DNA from: an uncultured virus (IMG/VR IMGVR_UViG_3300048606_000139)
Taxonomy: Duplodnaviria; Heunggongvirae; Uroviricota; Caudoviricetes
Length of the DNA stretch: 64,000 bases
Direction: 5' to 3' (one strand)
Virus record (IMG/VR): IMGVR_UViG_3300048606_000139
Part shown: in pieces, positions 8,525 to 17,787 of the stretch
Numbering within the stretch: position 1 is the first letter of the stretch
Layout of the letters: every line of letters begins with the position of its first letter
The notes under the pieces: generated by a model
What the model saw: only the letters and a program-made list of their open reading frames with translations
The model's database searches: none
What the model was told of the DNA's origin: nothing
Made by a program: the position numbers and the translations under genes

Positions 8525-9154
8525 ATGAACAACCTCTATTCCCACTTCGAGCGCGCATGGTTCGGCGTCGGCTGCAAACCAGACGCTCGCCCAGCATTCG
8601 ACCGCTTGCTCACCGCGTACGCCGAGTCGCATCGGCATTACCACACGATCGAGCATATCGAGGCGTGCTTGGACTGGCTCGACAAGACGCGGGCTCAGGC
8701 CACGCGCCCGCACGAAGTCGCGCTCGCCATCTGGTACCACGATGCCATCTATGATCCGCGCGCGACCGACAACGAGAGCCGTAGCTCTCAGATGGCCAAC
8801 GTGCAGCTGGCGCTTGGCGGCGCATACGAGGAGGCCATCGACCAGATCGCTGATCTGGTCTACGCCACACACGACCATGCGCCAGCCACGGGTGACACGG
8901 CGCTGCTCATCGACATCGACCTCGCGTCACTGGGCGCGCCGCCGGACGAGTTCGCGCGCAACGAAGCGAACATCCGCGCTGAGTACGCGGCAGTCCCGGA
9001 TCGCGACTATGCGATCGGTCACGCCGCGGTTCTGCGACGGCTGGCCGCACGCACGCCGCTGTACTCGACGCCGGTGATCGCGGCGGAGTTGGAGGCGCAG
9101 GCGCGGGTAAATCTTGCGGCGGCCATTGCGCGTTGGGAGGCGGAGGCCAAGTGA
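8525..9154 (+). CDS. HD-superfamily metal-dependent phosphohydrolase
   Basis: Y.E.HRHYHT..H, AIWYHDAIYDP...DNE..S, DIDLA.LG, IRAEY motifs. Confidence 0.88.
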   Translation: MNNLYSHFERAWFGVGCKPDARPAFDRLLTAYAESHRHYHTIEHIEACLDWLDKTRAQATRPHEVALAIWYHDAIYDPRATDNESRSSQMANVQLALGGAYEEAIDQIADLVYATHDHAPATGDTALLIDIDLASLGAPPDEFARNEANIRAEYAAVPDRDYAIGHAAVLRRLAARTPLYSTPVIAAELEAQARVNLAAAIARWEAEAK

Positions 9155-9435
9155 CAGCACTCGGCGTTGCACTTCGAATGCTGCGAGAGGGCCGTGGACT
9201 ATCGCTGCGCGAACTGGCTGCGTTGTGCGACGTTGACCACGCGTACCTGCACAGGTTGGAGACTGGCGCGATGCACAGCCCCGGTGAAGATGTCCTGTCC
9301 CGACTACTGCGAGCGCTAAAGGCTGCACCAAGACAGGCGGCTGTCGTTCGCGCTGCTGCTAGAAACCCCGACGTGAATCCGAGTCAGATCGCGCGGGCCA
9401 TGACGATGGTCACTTGCGCTGCCGGCGACGTTTGA
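9151..9435 (+). CDS. XRE-family HTH regulator
   Basis: LRMLREGRGLSLRELAALCDVDHAYLHRLETG; GTGA coupling. Confidence 0.85.
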   Translation: MTALGVALRMLREGRGLSLRELAALCDVDHAYLHRLETGAMHSPGEDVLSRLLRALKAAPRQAAVVRAAARNPDVNPSQIARAMTMVTCAAGDV

Positions 9436-9455
9436 TATGGTGCAAGCGCATCCAA

Positions 9456-9683
9456 ATGGCGTCTAAGCGCAAATCAAAGCGTGGCGGCAAGCGGGCGGGG
9501 TCTGGGCGCAAACCAGCCGGCGGTCTGAAGGCGTCGCGTGCAGTGCAGATCCGTCTGACGCCACACGACTATGCCGCGCTTGAGCGCGCCGCGGCCAGCG
9601 CTGGGGCATCTGGGTCGCGCTGGGCGGCCCTGGCTGTACTTGAAAAGATTAGTGATTTCGTTGAGTTGGAGGAACCAGCATAA
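9456..9683 (+). CDS. Small basic DNA-binding protein (RHH-like)
   Basis: RGGKRAGSGRKP...VQIRLT pattern. Confidence 0.65.
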   Translation: MASKRKSKRGGKRAGSGRKPAGGLKASRAVQIRLTPHDYAALERAAASAGASGSRWAALAVLEKISDFVELEEPA

Positions 9684-9699
9684 TTCTGTTTGAAAAGGC

Positions 9700-9752
9700 T
9701 TGCATCGAATCAACATGCGTCTTATACATCTCTCTGTCGACACGGTGTCGAC
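9700..9752 (+). promoter_or_regulatory. Candidate sigma70-like promoter with downstream palindromic operator
   Basis: TTGCAT-N17-TATACA (9700-9728), then perfect inverted repeat GTCGACAC-G-GTGTCGAC (9736-9752). Confidence 0.4.
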
Positions 9753-9770
9753 CCGGGCCGGAGAGACGAT

Positions 9771-10016
9771 ATGAGCACAATCAAATACAACGTCGGCGAC
9801 AAAGTCATGTGCAACGGCTACCCCGGCACAGTGAGCGCTGTGGCGGTGACACCCGCTGGCATGATGGAGGTGAAACTCGAACGCGGGGGCGTGTGTGTCG
9901 ACCCGAGCGATGAGCTTACGGTGCGGCACGCTGCGACAGAGCACGCGTGTCGTTCGGCCCTGACGGTGGACGGCTCCGGCGCGTACTGCGTGACGTGCGG
10001 CGAGACGCTGGCCTGA
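9771..10016 (+). CDS. Hypothetical protein
   Basis: GGAGAG RBS, ATG 9771. Confidence 0.6.
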   Translation: MSTIKYNVGDKVMCNGYPGTVSAVAVTPAGMMEVKLERGGVCVDPSDELTVRHAATEHACRSALTVDGSGAYCVTCGETLA

Positions 10017-10032
10017 ACGTTGGATACCGATC

Positions 10033-10275
10033 ATGACCAGGGATGACGAAACGCTCGGCACAAACGAAGCGCAGAACGGCGATCTAGACGTAGCCTACCT
10101 GTGCGCAGCTGCTCTCGGCGGAGACGTCAGCGCGCTCGCTAAGCTCGAGAAGATCTGTGCCGAACGCGCACGCATCTCCGTGCCCGCGTGGCCGACGGGA
10201 ATGCAGATCCATCGCCTGGACGGCGATCCGCGCAACAACGATATCGGCAATCTTGAACTCCGGAGTCCGAAATGA
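10033..10275 (+). CDS. Hypothetical protein with degenerate HNH-like C-terminus
   Basis: IHRLDGDPRNNDIGNLEL. Confidence 0.5.
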   Translation: MTRDDETLGTNEAQNGDLDVAYLCAAALGGDVSALAKLEKICAERARISVPAWPTGMQIHRLDGDPRNNDIGNLELRSPK

Positions 10276-10748
10276 GCAAGCCCTGGCTCGACGAGCCCGA
10301 TCACGAAGCGTTCGAATCAAGCGGGCTGCCCTGCATCATCCATCGTTCGCCGGCTACCGGTGCTTGGTGCGGTTACGTGGCCGTGCCACACGGACATCCG
10401 CTGCACGGCGCCGACTACGATAGCGCCGACGTCAGCGTACACGGCGGGCTGACGCACGCGGCCCCGTGCGAAGGGGACATCTGCCACGCTGCCAAACCAG
10501 GTGAATCCGATAATGCTTGGTGGTTCGGCTTCGATTGCGCACACTCGGGGGACTACATGCCGAAGATGGGTCGCTTCGGAGACGTGTCGGAATACCGCGA
10601 TCGCGTCTACGCCGTGGGAGAGACGTGCCGACTTGCAGCCCAGCTCCGGCTGATTGCGCTGCAGGCGTTGGTCGATTCGACCAATCAGATCGTCGCGGAG
10701 CATGGACCGGACGTGAAGTACACGCTGAAGACCACGGTTAGCCGATGA
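10272..10748 (+). CDS. Hypothetical phage protein
   Basis: WCGYVAVP.GHPLHG, VHGGLT, WWFGFDCAHSGD motifs typical of a widespread phage family. Confidence 0.75.
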   Translation: MSKPWLDEPDHEAFESSGLPCIIHRSPATGAWCGYVAVPHGHPLHGADYDSADVSVHGGLTHAAPCEGDICHAAKPGESDNAWWFGFDCAHSGDYMPKMGRFGDVSEYRDRVYAVGETCRLAAQLRLIALQALVDSTNQIVAEHGPDVKYTLKTTVSR

Positions 10749-10966
10749 CACTCGCCACCCAGATCTACATCATCGTCGCCGCAATCTGCGCGAGCGCGAT
10801 CCTCGCAAAAGTAACAACGGAGACGGTCACGCTATGCCGGCGGTGGCCCGTGCCGGTGGTCGCAGTGTTGACTGTCGTAATCGCGGTGCTCGGCGGTCTA
10901 CTATGGCCGCTCACCGTTCCCGCCGAACTCTACCGGAATCTCAGGCGCGGCTCGGCAAAGCCCTGA
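10745..10966 (+). CDS. Small two-TM membrane protein
   Basis: Two hydrophobic segments; ATGA coupling. Confidence 0.6.
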   Translation: MTLATQIYIIVAAICASAILAKVTTETVTLCRRWPVPVVAVLTVVIAVLGGLLWPLTVPAELYRNLRRGSAKP

Positions 10967-10972
10967 CAGCGG

Positions 10973-11527
10973 TTACTGCTGCATCACAGTCCCACCGCTG
11001 CCCAGCAGCACAGTAGTTGCAGCAGTCGCGCGCTGCGCTCTAACAGACAGCGTGCCCGTAGTCGACACCGCGATGGTACCGCTCAGAAACACCGGAATCG
11101 TTACGCCCGCGGCCATCGACGACGCTGCCATCACGGTGTTGTTCACGGTCTGCCGAAGCAAACTCGTGGTGGTCGTGGTCGCTGGGAAATTGCACGCCGC
11201 GTTGATACGGGTGACCGTGCCCGTGTAGTTGATCGCGAGTCCATTCACGCTCGCCGCCGTTGCCTGCGCGACGTAGATCACGAACGCAAAGGAGAACGTC
11301 CCCGCGCGGTTGAGCGCGAGCGTCAACCCCGTGATGTCCGCGAGCGTCGTGGTTGCGACGGTGAACGTGGAGGCGAGTTCGAGCGCCACGCGTTGCCTGG
11401 GATCGTAGTTCGTTCCGTTCCACACCGGCTGATCGCCGGCCGCCCATGTGCCGTTGGGCAGGGTCTTGAAGCCCGCGGCCACAAGTGCCGCGTTGAGCGA
11501 GGTTCCGAGTGTCGATAGGTCAGCCAT
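10973..11527 (-). CDS. Putative virion/tail fibre protein
   Basis: Thr/Ala/Gly-rich beta-type sequence, last gene of the late operon, GGAG RBS. Confidence 0.7.
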   Translation of the reverse strand: MADLSTLGTSLNAALVAAGFKTLPNGTWAAGDQPVWNGTNYDPRQRVALELASTFTVATTTLADITGLTLALNRAGTFSFAFVIYVAQATAASVNGLAINYTGTVTRINAACNFPATTTTTSLLRQTVNNTVMAASSMAAGVTIPVFLSGTIAVSTTGTLSVRAQRATAATTVLLGSGGTVMQQ

Positions 11528-11535
11528 GAGAACTC

Positions 11536-12735
11536 CTACGCGTTGTAAACCGTGTCTCCCGCCGTCGTGACCACGGCGCCGCCGTCGGTGACGGCGTCTT
11601 TAGTGGCGGGCGCAGCGGCAGCCGTGCTCGACACCGACGTGCCCGCGAGCGCCTGAGCTACGGTCAGCGTTGCGATTGCCGCGCTTGCGGCTGCTGCAAC
11701 ACCCGACTCCGCATTCAGGACCGCGAGGGCAGCGGTCGCGGTCGACGCCACCAGCGCGGATCCGCCGACGGCTGTCGATACGACCATGCCACCGACAGCT
11801 GCGGATGCCGCCGCCGACGTTCCGGCGATCGCGGTGGGCGCAGTCGGAAGCGCGCCCGTTGCCGAGCTCGCAGCCGCCGACACGCCTGTCAGCGCTTTGA
11901 CGACGCCGAGCACAGCGGACGCCGCAGATGCTGCCACGGAGGCACCCGCGGGCTGGACAGCCATAGCAAGCGAAGCTGTTGCAGCGCTCGCCGCCAACGC
12001 GCTGCCCACGGACTGAGTGCTCACCGCGAGCACGCCCGCCGAGGCAGCCGCGGACGCTGCAAGGCCGGTCGGCTTTACGGCGACAGCGAGCCCGGCGGTC
12101 GAGGCCGACGCCGCCGCGGCCAGCCCGGACGTCGCCTGAGCGTTGCTGAACGAGCCTGTGGCCGCGGTCGTGTTCACGGCGATACCGCTGACAGCGCGCG
12201 CTACCAGGATCGGGCCCGTGCCGATCACCGCGGAATCGGAGAGGCCAGCGAACGCTTTTGCGACAGACACGCTGGACACTGCGTCGGTAGCATTCGCCGC
12301 GTTTCCACGAACCGGCAGCGGCGTGCCTGCCGTCGTAACCGTTAGCCTCGCGTCGGCTGACGTCGCCGCTCGAGAACCACCGAGAAACGCGCCCGGGATG
12401 ACCGTGCTCAAACTGGTGAAGTCGAGCGCAACCGTCGAGCCGTCGCCGATCGTGACTTGTATTCCGTGGCACGCGAGCGCGTACGCATCGACGTCCATTC
12501 GCGGTGGGAGGTCGGAGGGTAGGCCGTTGAGCGCGTCGGCAACGGTTGCTGGTTGGGGCGCGCACCAGTAGCGCTGAAAGTAGAGTTCGCGCGGCTCGGG
12601 TTGTCGGCCGGGTCCATACGCATCGGGCGCGAGCGGGTATGGTTTGCCGATGTTCTGCGCGTATGCGCGGCCGAGCGCTTCGGCAGCTCGAGCCGCGGTC
12701 GCGAAGTCGGGATAGCTTTTGTACAGCGTACTCAT
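11536..12735 (-). CDS. Ala-rich repeat virion protein; N-terminus paralogous to 20636-21010
   Basis: ~20 aa Ala/Gly/Ser repeats; YKS...AAEA.GR...PYP..P.AYGPG.QP.P motif shared. Confidence 0.7.
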   Translation of the reverse strand: MSTLYKSYPDFATAARAAEALGRAYAQNIGKPYPLAPDAYGPGRQPEPRELYFQRYWCAPQPATVADALNGLPSDLPPRMDVDAYALACHGIQVTIGDGSTVALDFTSLSTVIPGAFLGGSRAATSADARLTVTTAGTPLPVRGNAANATDAVSSVSVAKAFAGLSDSAVIGTGPILVARAVSGIAVNTTAATGSFSNAQATSGLAAAASASTAGLAVAVKPTGLAASAAASAGVLAVSTQSVGSALAASAATASLAMAVQPAGASVAASAASAVLGVVKALTGVSAAASSATGALPTAPTAIAGTSAAASAAVGGMVVSTAVGGSALVASTATAALAVLNAESGVAAAASAAIATLTVAQALAGTSVSSTAAAAPATKDAVTDGGAVVTTAGDTVYNA

Positions 12736-12793
12736 GGAGACGCGTGCAGCCGACGGCTGCCGAAGCAACCGCCGGCCTTAGACACGCTGGTTT

Positions 12794-13375
12794 CTAGAAC
12801 GTCGTTACGATAAGCCGGGGGCCCATCCAAACGCCGGTGTCAGCAATGGTGGTGCCGGTGAACGGGCCAGCGCCGGTCAGCACTCCAGACGCGGCAACCT
12901 TTAGGATCTGCCCCGACCCCCCGTCGCCGGTGACGCCATACACAGTCGGCTGTGAGCTCGCGAGCGCGGTGCGCAATCCCGCCCAGAGATGCGTGCGTGC
13001 CGGAATAGCCGCTGCCATCGTAAGCGTGTTCGCCATCGCGCCCGTGCCGGTAAGAGCCGACAGGGTGCCGTTCGCGGCGATCTTGGTCAGCGTCTGGCCT
13101 GCGCCATTTGGCGCAAGCGGCGTTGAGCATAACGCCACCTCCGCCGTCTGCGCGCCTGTGCCGCCCGCGTTTACGCTGAAGCGTATGAACGCCGCGATCT
13201 GCGCGGTTACGATCAGCCCGACGTAGACGAATACGGCATCGCCCGTTGTCATTGCAGAAGCGGCAATGCCCGGAAGACCAGGCTGCCACGTGGTCTGACC
13301 ATTGGATGGAATCACGTCGGCCAGTTCTGCGTCGGGCCAACCACCGGTGAGAGTTCTAACGCTTGCAGCAGTCAT
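12794..13375 (-). CDS. Putative virion protein
   Basis: AGGA RBS, composition like neighbouring tail genes. Confidence 0.65.
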   Translation of the reverse strand: MTAASVRTLTGGWPDAELADVIPSNGQTTWQPGLPGIAASAMTTGDAVFVYVGLIVTAQIAAFIRFSVNAGGTGAQTAEVALCSTPLAPNGAGQTLTKIAANGTLSALTGTGAMANTLTMAAAIPARTHLWAGLRTALASSQPTVYGVTGDGGSGQILKVAASGVLTGAGPFTGTTIADTGVWMGPRLIVTTF

Positions 13376-13427
13376 TGTGTCCTACTTCCTTGTTGTTGTT
13401 ATCAGACCGCGTCACAGCGGCCGTGAC

Positions 13428-15701
13428 TCAGATGTCGGCGACTAGCTCATAAAGACAATGCGCCGCGTGAAGCACCCCACTCGAGAACGTCACTTCGAAG
13501 CGCCCAATGTAGTTGCCGCCAACAGCGACATCGCTCGCATAAGGCGCGTAGCTCAACGTGCCGGTCACGTCGTCAATGTCAGCGATCGCCTCGCTAACGA
13601 TCACCGTCACGAGGTCATCGCTGATCAACTTGAACGTCGCCGTCGCACCGCCAAGGTCAACCGGCAACCCTGTCGAGTCGTGCACCAGCTTCACAACGAA
13701 TGGCCGCGTGTCTCCGGTCAGTCGCGGCGTATGGAACCGCTGCAGCACACCAAGTATCGTCAGCGGCGAGACGAGTGTCTGCGTCACCCGCAACACGGCG
13801 GAAGCACTCGCTCCCACGGCCGACGTGCCCATGAAAAACGAGTCGCCAGCGTTCAGTCCGCCGCCTGCAAACGCTCCAGTCGGAGCCGTGCCAGTCAGCC
13901 CAATCCCAATCCCCAGCACGCCAGATGCGCCCGTGCTCGCGGCGCTCACGCCGGAGTGCACGCGGTCCACGTGCAGCGGAGCCGTAGCAGCTGACGCGCT
14001 GGGGGATGCGCCGATCAGAGCCGCGTCCAGCGTCATCGCGGCAGACGCAGTGCTCGCGGACGGGCCTGACCCAACCGCGCCCACAGCAACGTCCATCAAG
14101 CCGAACGCGCTCGCGGCGGCAGCGCTCGTGCCCATGAACTCCGCGCCAGCGAAGAACGCCGTTGCCGAACTCGCGCTGGCCGAACTGCCCGCGATGGCTT
14201 GCGCAACCTTGGCCGGCGCTGTCGCTGAGACTGCCGCGGCGGACGTGCCGATCAGGGCCGTTGCGACCAGCATCGTGGCGCTCGCAGCAGACGCTGCAGC
14301 GCTTGTGCCGACCTCCGCATCGAGCACTGACATCGATACCGCGCCAGCCGTTGCCGCCGGCGCGGTACCCGTGAGCGCCTGCGCAACCAAGAGCTGCGCA
14401 AACGCATCCGCAGCGACAGCGGAGTGTCCGCCGAAGCCGCCGGCGAGCAAGTCACCCGTTGCGTCAGTCGTGCTGGGTGCATCGCCAACGAGTGGCAGCG
14501 CGACCTTGATCGGCGCCGTCGCCGAAACCGACTGCGGGGCAGCGCCGACCAACGCTTGCGACACCGTGAGCGCTGCCGTCGCCGCAGCCGCAGCCGCCGA
14601 GCTGGCCACCCCGAGCGGCAGCGCCATCAGCATGGGCGCCGTGCTCGACACTGCGCTGGCCGATGTGCCGACTTCGGGGAACGCGACCCCAATGGCGCCG
14701 GTGGCTGCAACGGTCTGCGGGGCAGCGCCCGTGAGCGCTCGAGCAAGGGCCATGGGCGCCGTCGCCGCAACCGACTGGGGGGCCGCACCCACCAGCGCTT
14801 GCGGCACCGTCATCACTGCTGTCGCCGCGGTGGTCTGAGGCGCGGCTCCAACGCCTGGCTCAGCAACGAGTAGCGCCGCGGTCGCTGCTGACGTTTGCGG
14901 TGCAGCGCCGACAAGCGCTCGAGCAATCAGCATCGGAGCGGTTGCGGCAACGGTTTGTGGTGCCGCTCCAGTCAACGCTTGCGCGACGACGATCACTCCG
15001 GACGCAGCGGTCGTCGGTGACGCCATGCCACCGATCGCGATCGGTCCGCCAGCTTGCCGGAAAGCAACGCCGCCAGGGCCGCCCCACCCCACCGGTGCAT
15101 CAGGCCCGTCCGCTGGCGATCCGTTGCTCGTGAGCGTGTTGCCGTTGCCTGAATAGTCGGTGGTGCGATTGGCTCCCGGAAAGAACGGGAAGTGCATCAC
15201 GAGATTGGTGCGCCGAGTCGGCATGCGGCGCGCGTAGAGCGCGGCAAGCTCAGGAGCAGTCAGCGCGGCTGAATAAATAACGGCATCCTGAATGGCGCCG
15301 TCGCAGTTACCGAAGCCGAAGTTCTCCCACGTGATGCGGCCAGTCGGAGAGCCCGACGTCGTGCCGATCGACACGCCGTTTTTGTATCCGGTCACGAGCG
15401 AGCCGGACCACGTCATGGCCATATGGCACCACGTGTTAGTCGCAAAACCAGTCGACTCAACCGTGGTGTAGACGCCGGACTTCTGAACAACGAAGCCGAA
15501 GGTGGTAGACCCGCCACCGTCTAAGATCATCGAGTTTTCGTCGGAGTTGCTAACCCCGTTGTAGAACCCCATGATCCACGCGAAATTGGCGAGGCTTGTC
15601 ATCCTCACCCAGCACGCCATCGTGAAGGCTTGATCGCCTCCGAACGTCGGCGATGGACTCGCGCGATTTAGGGACGCGGTCTGTGATAGCGTGACGGACA
15701 T
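13428..15701 (-). CDS. LamG/concanavalin-like domain + repeat stalk + C-terminal adaptor domain (tail fibre)
   Basis: FTMACWV, WCHMAMTW, DGAIQDAVIYSAALT, DYSGNGN; ALVGAAPQT.AATA repeats. Confidence 0.8.
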   Translation of the reverse strand: MSVTLSQTASLNRASPSPTFGGDQAFTMACWVRMTSLANFAWIMGFYNGVSNSDENSMILDGGGSTTFGFVVQKSGVYTTVESTGFATNTWCHMAMTWSGSLVTGYKNGVSIGTTSGSPTGRITWENFGFGNCDGAIQDAVIYSAALTAPELAALYARRMPTRRTNLVMHFPFFPGANRTTDYSGNGNTLTSNGSPADGPDAPVGWGGPGGVAFRQAGGPIAIGGMASPTTAASGVIVVAQALTGAAPQTVAATAPMLIARALVGAAPQTSAATAALLVAEPGVGAAPQTTAATAVMTVPQALVGAAPQSVAATAPMALARALTGAAPQTVAATGAIGVAFPEVGTSASAVSSTAPMLMALPLGVASSAAAAAATAALTVSQALVGAAPQSVSATAPIKVALPLVGDAPSTTDATGDLLAGGFGGHSAVAADAFAQLLVAQALTGTAPAATAGAVSMSVLDAEVGTSAAASAASATMLVATALIGTSAAAVSATAPAKVAQAIAGSSASASSATAFFAGAEFMGTSAAAASAFGLMDVAVGAVGSGPSASTASAAMTLDAALIGASPSASAATAPLHVDRVHSGVSAASTGASGVLGIGIGLTGTAPTGAFAGGGLNAGDSFFMGTSAVGASASAVLRVTQTLVSPLTILGVLQRFHTPRLTGDTRPFVVKLVHDSTGLPVDLGGATATFKLISDDLVTVIVSEAIADIDDVTGTLSYAPYASDVAVGGNYIGRFEVTFSSGVLHAAHCLYELVADI

Positions 15702-15707
15702 CTGGGC

Positions 15708-16043
15708 CTAAAGATCGCTTGCGATCTCATAATGAAAATGGCCAAGCAGAAGCACGCCGTCTGTCGTGGTCACCTTGAAGCGTCCGAGGTAATGTCCTGG
15801 CGTCGACACATCCGCGAGTACCGGTTGATAAGTGATCAGCGGTCCTTCGATCAGACACGCGCCTTCATTCACGATCACCGTCGTGCGATCGAACGTGACG
15901 AGCTTGAACGTGGCGGTTGCTCCACCAAAGTCGACGGCTTCACCGGTCGTCTCGTTGTAGATAGAGATGCGGAACCAGCGCGCCGTATCGTTGGCAACGC
16001 GCACGCCCGGGAAATACTGCACCACAGCAAGCGCGTCGCTCAT
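15708..16043 (-). CDS. Small adaptor protein (BppU N-terminal-like), paralog of the C-terminus of 13428-15701
   Basis: VDFGGATATFKL...Y.P...DV...G.Y.GRF.VT shared motif. Confidence 0.7.
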   Translation of the reverse strand: MSDALAVVQYFPGVRVANDTARWFRISIYNETTGEAVDFGGATATFKLVTFDRTTVIVNEGACLIEGPLITYQPVLADVSTPGHYLGRFKVTTTDGVLLLGHFHYEIASDL

Positions 16044-17680
16044 GAATCACCTTCTGTCAGTCGGATCACGGTCGGATTCCAGATCGCCGGAACGCGGAGA
16101 AACTGTTGCGGCAAGGGAGCGGACCGTGTGTATGCATTCGCCGCGACGCGCGTGTCCGACATTCCGGTCAGCGCCATGGTCACGGTCATCACCGCACCGG
16201 CAGCAGACTTAGCGGCGGCAGTGGTCGCGACGAAGCCGAGGTAGATGACTTCGGCGCCGGTCGCGGTGGTCGTGATCGCAGCGGCGCCCGTCAGACTCAC
16301 AGCAACGTCGAGGATGCCGCTGGCAGCGACAGCGCTCGGAGCGGTGCCGGCGACTCCGCGGATGAGCGACAAGGCACCGGTGGCGGACGCGGCGCTCGCG
16401 ACCACGCCGTTGAAACCAGTGCTGTTCAGCCCGCCGCTTGCGAAGGTGCCAGCCGGGGCCGTGCCGACCAGGCCGACTGCAACTGTGAGCACGGCGGTTG
16501 CGTCCGACGCAGCCAACGAGTTGCCGCCGTCAAATGGACGCGTGAGGTTGAGCTGGCCGGTGGACGCGGCCGTCGAAGCGCTTGAGCCCGCGCCGATCGG
16601 CATGTCCATGTTCATGGCGCCAGTCGCGGCTGTTGCCGTTGCGGCCGTGTCGGTGAGGCCCACGCTGTTTGCGATGACAGCGTTTGCGAAGGTGCCAGCG
16701 GGAGCTGCACCGACGAGAGCGCGAGCGAGCGCCATCGGGGCGGTTGCTGACGTGGTCTGCGGTGCATCGCCGGCCGGGAGAACGCCAACGATCAGAGCGC
16801 CCGTTGCAGACGATGCCGCCGCACTCGTGCCTGTCAGTCCGTACACGAGACCAATCACGCCGGTTGCCGCGACGGTTTGCGGAGATGCGCCCGCGAGCGC
16901 CTGTGCCACCGAGAGCTGACCGTCGATCGCGACCGTGGTGTCTGCTCCACCGACGAGCGCGTGCCCGACTGTGACGACGCCAGCGCCAGCGCTGGTCATG
17001 GACGTGGCGCCGATCAGCGGGACGTCTAGGTTGGAAGCTTTGAACGCGCGGCCGCCCGGGGCTCCATAACCCACCGGACCTTCAGCGCCGTCAGCGGGGG
17101 AACCGTGCGGAGTTAGCGTATTCCCGTTGCCGCTAAAGTCAGTCGTGCGCGCAGTGCCTGGGAAGAACGGGTACCACGCCACCATGTTGAGGCGACGCGC
17201 GGGGAAGCGGCGGGCGTAGAGCGCTGCGGCTTCGGCACCGGAGATCGCGGTGTTGTAAAGAACTGCATCCTGGATGCTGCCGTCGCAGTAGCCGAAGCCG
17301 AATGATGGCCATGCGGCGCGTCCAGTGGGCGCAGCGGCAAGCGTGCCGATCGAGGTGCCGTTGATGTACACCTGCGATGTTGTGCCATTCCACGTGAACA
17401 CCACGTGGTACCAGGTGTTGACCGTGATGCTGCCTTGAGAAATTGTGTAATACGTCGCACCCGACTTGATGATGTTATTGAGACTCGTCCCACCAGCGTC
17501 GATGGTGATCGAGTTCTCATCGCCGTTGCCGAAGAACCCCATCACCCAGGTGTATGAAGTGAGCGCGTTGAAGCGGACGCGCGCTGCCATCGTGAACGCG
17601 GTGTCGCCGCCGATTGCAGGCGAGACTGTGCCACTACGATCGAGATAGCTGGAGGTCCCGCCGGGAAGCTGGACGCTCAC
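16040..17680 (-). CDS. LamG domain + repeat stalk tail fibre protein
   Basis: WYHVVFTWNG, DGSIQDAVLYN, DFSGNGN; paralog of 13428-15701. Confidence 0.8.
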   Translation of the reverse strand: MSVQLPGGTSSYLDRSGTVSPAIGGDTAFTMAARVRFNALTSYTWVMGFFGNGDENSITIDAGGTSLNNIIKSGATYYTISQGSITVNTWYHVVFTWNGTTSQVYINGTSIGTLAAAPTGRAAWPSFGFGYCDGSIQDAVLYNTAISGAEAAALYARRFPARRLNMVAWYPFFPGTARTTDFSGNGNTLTPHGSPADGAEGPVGYGAPGGRAFKASNLDVPLIGATSMTSAGAGVVTVGHALVGGADTTVAIDGQLSVAQALAGASPQTVAATGVIGLVYGLTGTSAAASSATGALIVGVLPAGDAPQTTSATAPMALARALVGAAPAGTFANAVIANSVGLTDTAATATAATGAMNMDMPIGAGSSASTAASTGQLNLTRPFDGGNSLAASDATAVLTVAVGLVGTAPAGTFASGGLNSTGFNGVVASAASATGALSLIRGVAGTAPSAVAASGILDVAVSLTGAAAITTTATGAEVIYLGFVATTAAAKSAAGAVMTVTMALTGMSDTRVAANAYTRSAPLPQQFLRVPAIWNPTVIRLTEGDS

Positions 17681-17787
17681 GTCGCACCCGCGAAGGGGCT
17701 TGCGTGGATCAGCCTTGCGGTGGATATTGAGTGGCCCGGCGGCGCGTCAACGCCCCGGACCGTGACCCGCTGGAAGGATTGGTTCCA

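Noticed and set aside
10033..10275. Active HNH nuclease
   Set aside because: Only a short degenerate motif; the terminal His region is missing
13558..14838. Long + strand ORFs opposite tail and head genes (also 25635-27815, 36077-37489, 37888-39195)
   Set aside because: GC-rich antisense shadows without recognisable motifs, in contrast to the two nuclease ORFs under the inteins
14400..15050. ~60 bp periodic repeats as CRISPR or DGR repeats
   Set aside because: Degenerate, in-frame coding repeats of a fibre stalk; no constant repeat-spacer structure and no cas or reverse transcriptase gene seen
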